Part shown: positions 57,857-63,983 of the stretch, piece by piece | Layout of the letters: the number at the start of each line of letters is the position of its first letter | Numbering within the stretch: position 1 is the first letter of the stretch | IMG/VR virus record: IMGVR_UViG_3300033076_000750 | Span: 1-63,983 of that record | Origin: a virus | Taxonomy: Duplodnaviria; Caudoviricetes | Length of the DNA: 63,983 nucleotides | Direction: 5' to 3' (one strand) | The notes under the pieces: model-generated | Database searches by the model: none | Seen by the model: the letters and a program-made list of their open reading frames with translations, nothing else | What the model was told of the DNA's origin: nothing | Program-made: the position numbers and the translations under genes

Positions 57857-60800
57857 ATGGCATCACCATTCGCATACCTATACGCAGCCGGAACCGACGC
57901 ACGCACACCAAACACTCAGCGCAAACTGAGTCCCGTTGGAGAGGCGCTTTTAAAACAAACAGGTCCGAGTTCCGACCCACGAGTCCAGAAGGCTGAGCAG
58001 GACGATCAGGAGGTGCTCACGCCAAAGCGTCAGACGCACTTCAAATTGCCTGACGGCACGCTGAAGCCACTAACCGCCCCAAGCGGCGAGCGCTACCTGC
58101 TCAAAAACAGCGGATGGCGTCACCCACGCGACCCAAAGACCAACGAGCCGGTTTTGGTCAACGAGCAGGGCGAGGCCCGCTCGATCTACGACGACGCTCC
58201 ACGCATCAAGAAGGATGGCAAGATTTACGCAGCCCCCGCAGGCTACGAGAAGAAGGAGCTTGGTCCTGACCCAGACTTCAATCCGAACGCCATGACCAAG
58301 GAGCAGGAGAAGGCCAACCTCGCAAAGCAGAAGGAAGACGAGAAGACTGCCAAGGAGCAGGACGCATACGCCAAAGCCGTGCTCGAACGTGACGTGTCCC
58401 AGATCATCACTGACAGCGAGGTCAAGAGCCTGGAGACGGCAGCGGCTGAGAAGAAGGCCAAGCTCGCCGAAGCCGAGATCAGCGACAAACGCATGTTCGC
58501 CAAAGAAGCGCTAACCAAGGCCGAGCGTGATGCAGAAGATCGTAAGATTGGTTCGGCTGAAGAACTCGCCATCGCGCAGGAGCAATACAACGCCGCCCGC
58601 AAGTCTGAGGAGCAGGCCAAAGCCGCAACCCGCGCCATCGAAGCTCGCCAGATCGAAGAGGACTTGGCAAACGCCAAGCAGAAGGAAACACTCAATCAAT
58701 TCGAGAGCGCTCTGAAGCTGGAGAACACTGGTCGCCGCCAGTCTCTCTCCATGCCCACACCGACGAAGGCCAAGGAGCCAACGGCCAGCGAGACAGCGCC
58801 AGTCACCACACCAATCAGCGCCCTCCCAACAGGCAAGGGGCTGGACAAAGCTATCGCAGCCAGCAAAGCCCCAGACATCAGGATCGAGCCACCCATCGCC
58901 CCGACGTTCCTGACCGGCGCTCCACGCACCGACATCCCACCAGTCCCAGAGATCGCAGGAGGACCGCTGCCATGGCAGAAGCAGGCGAGCCGCACACTGA
59001 TCATCGAAGCCGACCCGAACTTCGGTGATGAGCCCATCGAGCCAGGAACCGACCTCACACAGGAAGTGGAGTTCGATGCCGCTGGCAAAGGATCGTTCAC
59101 CGGCAGCAAGCCACGCAAAGCCGCAGGCAAGAAGATGGGCGAAGGCATGACCGACGACGTGCCCCCAGAGTGGACATCAAGCAACGCACTCACTGCCCAG
59201 GCAACTGCCCGCGACACTGGCACCGATGTCATCCACACCGACAGCACTCTCAGCGTAGAGCTGCCAGCAAGCCGCCTCGACGCAGAAGGTGCGTTGAAGG
59301 TAGATGGCAAGCAGGTGGGGATTGTGAGGCGCACGATGCTCGGCCTGCCTGAGATCGAGCTGGCACCAGCAACCTACGGGCAGACAGCCAGCCCAAGCTA
59401 CCGCAGCAGCGACCCATTCAAGGGAGCGCCTGAATATGCCGCGCCATCTGCCACCTTCCGCGAGCAGCAGGCCAAGGCAGGCAATCCATTCGCCGCCGAG
59501 AAGCCATGGCGTGAACAGCGCTGGGGTGACAAGCAGGTGGCAGAGTTCATCGAGAACTGGAAAGGCTTTGGCGATGCTGAACGCCGCAAGCTCATGGACA
59601 GCGACTTGCTCAAAGAGATGGAGGGCGAGATGCCAGACGCACGCTTCCTGTTCACCAACGGCTACGTCAGCCTGCAACAGGCACGCCAGATCGACCAAGC
59701 GGTCTATGGTCGCAGCCAGAAGCTTCCTGACTTCACCACGAGCTTCGACGCATGGAAGGGTGGCGAGTCACCGGCAGCAGCCAAACTGCGTGAGATGGAG
59801 GCGGGTGGAATCACTGACGCCAGCAACCGTGAGCTTGTGCTAGCCCGTCAGCGCGTCCTGACCGAGTGGGAGGGCGAATACCGCAAACGCCACGGCACCC
59901 AGCCTGATTTCGACCCCAATGCGCTCGTATCGGCCAGCAAGACCATCGGTGGCACCATGAGCACTGGCTGGCAGACGTTCGTGTCTGACGCCGAAGACCT
60001 CGGCAGCAGTGTGGGTGGGTCCGTCTCAGGATTGGCCCAATGGTTTGGCAAGCAGGGCATTAAGATGGCAACCGGCACCCTTGGTCGGTCACTCGCCACA
60101 ATGAGCGCTCCAACCATCCCCCAGGAGCAGCAGCAGGCTATCCGCGACAAGCAGGCCCAGGGCTCCCCCCTCTCCAACGAGGAGAAGGCGCTGCTCTTCC
60201 GCATGAACTACACTGACGGCAAGAACGTGTCAGACGAAGCGCTCGCGATGATCGAGTTCCCCAAGGAGGCCGAGCTTGCATTCAAGAAGCTGCAATCCGA
60301 CATCAAAGCACTCGGCAGCAAGTGGAAGGAGAACGACGAAGACCCGCGCAACGTGATGGTCATCGCCCCAGGGCTCGCAGTTGAAGCAGGCATCAAATCA
60401 TTCGACACCCAGGCCCAGAAGGACGCAGCGGTCAAAGCCTACCTGGACAAGCGCAACAAGGGCGAAGGCAACGTGCTGGCTGACATCGACCTGCTCAAGG
60501 AGCACATCAACAACGACACGCTCACGCCTGACGTGCTCAAGACCCTCTCAGATCGCATCAAAGCGAAGGGCATGAAGAACGTGGGCATGATCGACAAGAG
60601 CAACGACGATCAAATCACGCAGAAGGGGCAGATGGAAGCTGACAAAGCCAACCGCTATGACCTCATGCAGCACTCGAATGCAGCAGCGCTCCTCGCTGGC
60701 TACAAGGAGACGCGGGACGAGAGCTACATAGACATGCTCAAAGACCTCATGTATTCGACCGCAGAGCGCGAGGAGCTGATCATGGAAGCTGGTCGCCACG

Positions 60801-63800
60801 CATCCATGGAAGGACTGATCCAGCACAGCGACTCGTGGGGGGCATGGAACCTCACCCGTCGTGGCATCCAGACCGACCTCAAAGAACTCGGCATCGAAGC
60901 GCTTGGCACCGGCACCGGATTCATCATCAGCAAGGCGCTTAACCCATCCACCCGCATCTTCAAAGCCGCTGGCAAGGCTGGCACCGCAGCCACCCGAGTC
61001 CAGCAGACGCTCGCTGCCGTAGATCGCGGCTTGTTCATGCTCCAGAAGTCGAAGACCCTGGCAGCGATGAAGGAGATGGGCGAGGCTTATAGCAAAGCTG
61101 GTTTGCGCGCCAACTCACCGATCCTCAATGCCATCGTGCAGAAGGGTAAAGAGATTCCTCTTCAGATGGTTGACGAGGGCATCCAAGGCTTCAGCGCTGG
61201 CCTATTCGAGGAAGGTAAGAGTGGCAAAGACCTCATGCACCAAGCTGTGCTTGAGGGTATGGGCGGATTCATCGCGACCGCCGCATACATCCCGCCAGTC
61301 ATGGGGCTCGGCGCTGTCGAGCGCATGAAGGCAAACACCGCCAGCCAAAAGCACGCCAAAGCATGGGCAGATAGCTGGAATGCCAGACACCCAGAGCAAC
61401 CAATCACTGCGGCTGACGCCATGGGCGTTCACGCAGTCATCGACCAGCGCGACTTGGCCCAGGCACGCAAGACGGCCTTGGAGGCAATCGCAACGCTCGA
61501 TGTGTATCTGGACGAGAACCAAGGCCCACCACCAGCGGAGCTATCGCAGCCGGTCGTCAACGCCATGTGGGACATCCACGGCATTGAGCAGGTCGGAATT
61601 CAGACCTATCAGGAACTTGAAGGCATCGGCGACAAGCGGATGAAGGCATTCGTCAAAGCTGGTTTGCGCACACTCACTGGACAACCACTGACGACCGCAG
61701 ACCAGCAGGCACTCGGAGCAGTCAATGCTGCCGGTGAACCACTAATCATCATGCACAAGGGTCAGGTCGTGTTCACCGACGCTGGTCTGGCTGAAGTATC
61801 GCAAGCAGCCCCAGGCATCTCTGGTCGCTACTTCCCAAGCAAGCAGGAGCAGCAGGAACTCGCGATCAACGCGGAAGCAGAGCTTGCAGCCACACCTCCA
61901 CCACTGCCAGTGGAGCCAGCACCGGCAGAAGCCGAACAATCACCCGCAGCATCGCCTGCGGAGCCGACGCTCGCTACCTCGGACCAGCTCACGTCGGGAG
62001 ACGTCGGCACCTCCGTGGTCGATGAGATCGACACGGAGCTTGATCGCAAGCACGCAGAATGGCAGGCAGGTAAGAAGGAGGTCGATGATGCTTTCAATGC
62101 CACAGAGCCACACTCTAAAGAGCGCAAAGAGGCGAGGGAAAAGAGAAAGCAGTGGGAAGAGAAGAATGGGCAGGTGCCACCTCCATCATCCAGCAATCCA
62201 CTGTCCGATGTCGGAACCTTGTCCAACAAGGACTCAGACACCAAGTTCTCACTGGCTGGAACTGGCTGGAGGCTGACTGGTGAAAAAGAAAAGTCCATTC
62301 GTGGCAAGACGATACTTCGCGTCACAAACGGCAAGGAGTGGCGCTGGGTGGAGGAGGGCGACCTAACCGATCAACATCGCCAGATTCTCGCCCGCTCATC
62401 CAGCACATCCGTGGACAAAGCGGCACACGACGCAGCCAGCAGCCCAACCAACAACAAGCGTCCACCGACCCCAGATGAGATCGCGGCAGGCAACTACGCC
62501 AAGGGGCACCCAACCATCGGTGGCATCAAGATCAGCATCGAGAACCCAGCAGGCAGCAAGCGCAGCGGCAAAGATGATGGCGGCAAGTCCTGGGAAGTCC
62601 AGATGAAGGCTCACTATGGCTACATGCGTGGCACAGTCGGCGCTGACGGCGACCAGATCGACGTCTTCGTGAAAGAGGGCACACCGGAGAACTTCGACGG
62701 CATGGCATTCGTCATCCCGCAGCGCAAGCCAGACGGCTCGTTCGATGAGCACAAAGTCATGATTGGTTACGCCAGCATTGAAGAAGCCAAAGCCGCATAC
62801 AAGGCCCACTACGCCAAAGGATGGCAGGGCTACCGCCCAGCGATGCCCGTGCCGATGTCCGAGCTTGCGTCCATGGTCAAGAGCGGTAAGCTCAAGAAGC
62901 CAAACCAACGCCAACGCACCAATGACACCACACCAGGAAAAACTACAGCGTCACCAACGCCAACGCCAACGCCAACTGACTCAGGACGAGTTGGCGAAGA
63001 TCAACGAGCCTCTGGAGCCACTGATGGAGGAGAAGTTCAACCAACACCTCAAGGAGGCGGGATTGGAGATGGTGTGGGGCAGGACGGAGCGCCAGATGCA
63101 AGTAGCCCTGGAGACTCTAGCGTCGGGAACGCCCCAGGAGAAGGAGTGGGCACGACGGATAGCAGAGGGGAGTGGTCCATCCGCACCAACAAAGGTCGCA
63201 AACTCACCATCCCAGCCAGTGCCGCCACCGACAGCGAGCAAGCCAAGAAAGCGCTCGCTGCTCAGCTTGGTGGAAAGCGTGGCGAAATGCTGGTGCTGGA
63301 TAGCCTCACGGCTCCTGATGTCGAACAAACGCTAGCACAGAGCATCTACGAAGAGGTGGCGAAGATCGCTGCCCGCGCTCCAGCTCGTGACAAGCAGTTG
63401 GTTATGCACCTGGGTCGCCTGATCCTGGCCGCAGTCCGCAAGCACGAGAAGATGTTGGGCATCGCATTCGCCGACATCAAGATCGTGAGCGGCAAGGTCG
63501 AGGGTGGCGGCATGTATGTGCAGGGCAAGACCCTCCACATCAGCCCAGCCACACTCATCCGCTCGATGACGCTGTTCAAGCCAGCCTACATCGAGACGTT
63601 CGTTGACACCGGCTTCTTCCACGAGGCGCTTCACCCGATCATCGAGATGAACGTCACGCCGCAGGAAGCTGCGATGTTCTGGGATGAGCTGAAGCCCGAG
63701 GCGCAGGAAGCGTTCCTCACGTCCTACGAGCAGGACAATCCAGGCTCACTCGCTGCCAGCAGCACACAGAAGGGCTACGAGTATCTCCGCGCCCTCATCG

Positions 63801-63983
63801 AGCGCAAATACAACGCCCACACGTCCGAGGAGCTGTTCATTCACGCTGGCGTCAGCGCCAAGATCATCGCTGCGATCAAGAGGGTCGTGGAGTTCCTGCG
63901 TGACCTGCAATCAGCGCTCAAAGAGGGCGGCGACTTCAATCTGGTCAAGGACATCGCGGACAAAGCGGAGATGGCGTTCCTCG
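57857..63983 (+). CDS. Giant polyvalent protein, N-terminal part (no stop in window; joins 1..10263 through the terminal overlap, ~5383 aa total). Contains an InPase domain and an HEALH zincin peptidase
   Basis: ATG 57857 MASPFAYL; same frame as the overlap; GNY.KGH..IENP.GS.RSG..W...M.AHYGY..T.GADGD.IDVF..FDEHKV (~62480-62850); FHEALH (~63620). Confidence 0.85.
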   Translation, partial: MASPFAYLYAAGTDARTPNTQRKLSPVGEALLKQTGPSSDPRVQKAEQDDQEVLTPKRQTHFKLPDGTLKPLTAPSGERYLLKNSGWRHPRDPKTNEPVLVNEQGEARSIYDDAPRIKKDGKIYAAPAGYEKKELGPDPDFNPNAMTKEQEKANLAKQKEDEKTAKEQDAYAKAVLERDVSQIITDSEVKSLETAAAEKKAKLAEAEISDKRMFAKEALTKAERDAEDRKIGSAEELAIAQEQYNAARKSEEQAKAATRAIEARQIEEDLANAKQKETLNQFESALKLENTGRRQSLSMPTPTKAKEPTASETAPVTTPISALPTGKGLDKAIAASKAPDIRIEPPIAPTFLTGAPRTDIPPVPEIAGGPLPWQKQASRTLIIEADPNFGDEPIEPGTDLTQEVEFDAAGKGSFTGSKPRKAAGKKMGEGMTDDVPPEWTSSNALTAQATARDTGTDVIHTDSTLSVELPASRLDAEGALKVDGKQVGIVRRTMLGLPEIELAPATYGQTASPSYRSSDPFKGAPEYAAPSATFREQQAKAGNPFAAEKPWREQRWGDKQVAEFIENWKGFGDAERRKLMDSDLLKEMEGEMPDARFLFTNGYVSLQQARQIDQAVYGRSQKLPDFTTSFDAWKGGESPAAAKLREMEAGGITDASNRELVLARQRVLTEWEGEYRKRHGTQPDFDPNALVSASKTIGGTMSTGWQTFVSDAEDLGSSVGGSVSGLAQWFGKQGIKMATGTLGRSLATMSAPTIPQEQQQAIRDKQAQGSPLSNEEKALLFRMNYTDGKNVSDEALAMIEFPKEAELAFKKLQSDIKALGSKWKENDEDPRNVMVIAPGLAVEAGIKSFDTQAQKDAAVKAYLDKRNKGEGNVLADIDLLKEHINNDTLTPDVLKTLSDRIKAKGMKNVGMIDKSNDDQITQKGQMEADKANRYDLMQHSNAAALLAGYKETRDESYIDMLKDLMYSTAEREELIMEAGRHASMEGLIQHSDSWGAWNLTRRGIQTDLKELGIEALGTGTGFIISKALNPSTRIFKAAGKAGTAATRVQQTLAAVDRGLFMLQKSKTLAAMKEMGEAYSKAGLRANSPILNAIVQKGKEIPLQMVDEGIQGFSAGLFEEGKSGKDLMHQAVLEGMGGFIATAAYIPPVMGLGAVERMKANTASQKHAKAWADSWNARHPEQPITAADAMGVHAVIDQRDLAQARKTALEAIATLDVYLDENQGPPPAELSQPVVNAMWDIHGIEQVGIQTYQELEGIGDKRMKAFVKAGLRTLTGQPLTTADQQALGAVNAAGEPLIIMHKGQVVFTDAGLAEVSQAAPGISGRYFPSKQEQQELAINAEAELAATPPPLPVEPAPAEAEQSPAASPAEPTLATSDQLTSGDVGTSVVDEIDTELDRKHAEWQAGKKEVDDAFNATEPHSKERKEAREKRKQWEEKNGQVPPPSSSNPLSDVGTLSNKDSDTKFSLAGTGWRLTGEKEKSIRGKTILRVTNGKEWRWVEEGDLTDQHRQILARSSSTSVDKAAHDAASSPTNNKRPPTPDEIAAGNYAKGHPTIGGIKISIENPAGSKRSGKDDGGKSWEVQMKAHYGYMRGTVGADGDQIDVFVKEGTPENFDGMAFVIPQRKPDGSFDEHKVMIGYASIEEAKAAYKAHYAKGWQGYRPAMPVPMSELASMVKSGKLKKPNQRQRTNDTTPGKTTASPTPTPTPTDSGRVGEDQRASGATDGGEVQPTPQGGGIGDGVGQDGAPDASSPGDSSVGNAPGEGVGTTDSRGEWSIRTNKGRKLTIPASAATDSEQAKKALAAQLGGKRGEMLVLDSLTAPDVEQTLAQSIYEEVAKIAARAPARDKQLVMHLGRLILAAVRKHEKMLGIAFADIKIVSGKVEGGGMYVQGKTLHISPATLIRSMTLFKPAYIETFVDTGFFHEALHPIIEMNVTPQEAAMFWDELKPEAQEAFLTSYEQDNPGSLAASSTQKGYEYLRALIERKYNAHTSEELFIHAGVSAKIIAAIKRVVEFLRDLQSALKEGGDFNLVKDIADKAEMAFL
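57962..57977. promoter_or_regulatory. 16-bp operator site near the start of the giant gene
   Basis: CA-GGTCCGAGTTCCGACC. Confidence 0.7.
62922..63335 (+). CDS. Possible overprinted ORF (+1 frame inside the giant gene)
   Basis: Phage-typical A/C leader CCAACGCACCA-ATG; helical protein-like 137-aa product; main frame is low-complexity. Confidence 0.45.
   Translation: MTPHQEKLQRHQRQRQRQLTQDELAKINEPLEPLMEEKFNQHLKEAGLEMVWGRTERQMQVALETLASGTPQEKEWARRIAEGSGPSAPTKVANSPSQPVPPPTASKPRKRSLLSLVESVAKCWCWIASRLLMSNKR
63746..63983. repeat. Terminal direct repeat, copy 2
   Basis: Matches 1-238. Confidence 0.95.

Noticed and set aside
1312-57977. 16-bp palindromes as a CRISPR array or REP/MITE elements
   Set aside because: They are dispersed kilobases apart with no spacers, cas genes or target-site duplications, and they sit in promoter spacers and coding frames.
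62202-62218. TGTCCGATGTCGGAAC and half-sites near 42263 and 53880 as extra operators
   Set aside because: Too degenerate to count without a scored motif scan.
96-63634. Numerous minus-strand ORFs in the track (e.g. 1162-1998, 21408-22514, 12373-13092)
   Set aside because: They are antisense shadows of codon-biased + strand genes, with no recognisable motifs or leaders.
1-63983. Stop-codon reassignment or a diversity-generating retroelement
   Set aside because: Genes are intact and tightly coupled in the standard code with all three stops used; no reverse transcriptase was seen, and the repeat differences are not adenine-specific.

Overview
This window appears to be a complete, circularly permuted tailed-phage genome with a unit length of about 63,745 bp; positions 63746-63983 repeat 1-238. 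Essentially all credible genes are on the + strand. Modules: (1) a ~5,380-aa polyvalent protein that runs through the end/start junction (57857..63745 + 1..10263); (2) podovirus-like head and tail genes (portal, scaffold, DUF4043-type capsid, adaptor, nozzle); (3) a lysis cassette; (4) nucleotide-pool enzymes and glycosyltransferase-like genes; (5) a lambda-like replication module (HTH initiator with iterons, DnaB, SSB, Rad50-like ATPase, UvrD and SF2 helicases); (6) a ParB-like gene, terminase genes, two tRNAs and many small early genes. I recognised no integrase, DNA polymerase, CI repressor or ParA. Three observations stand out. First, a 16-bp palindrome GGTCCGA-NN-TC[G/C]GACC occurs 15 times around the genome, five times as the exact -35/-10 spacer of a promoter, including the one upstream of the ParB-like gene; this resembles a KorB/parS-type regulon. 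Second, there is an integrase-free array of three integron-like gene cassettes with attC-like hairpins. Third, the giant protein's domains are separated by a recurring M-[AS]-x-P linker, and it carries two overprinted small ORFs. All family assignments come from motif recognition by eye, not from database searches.
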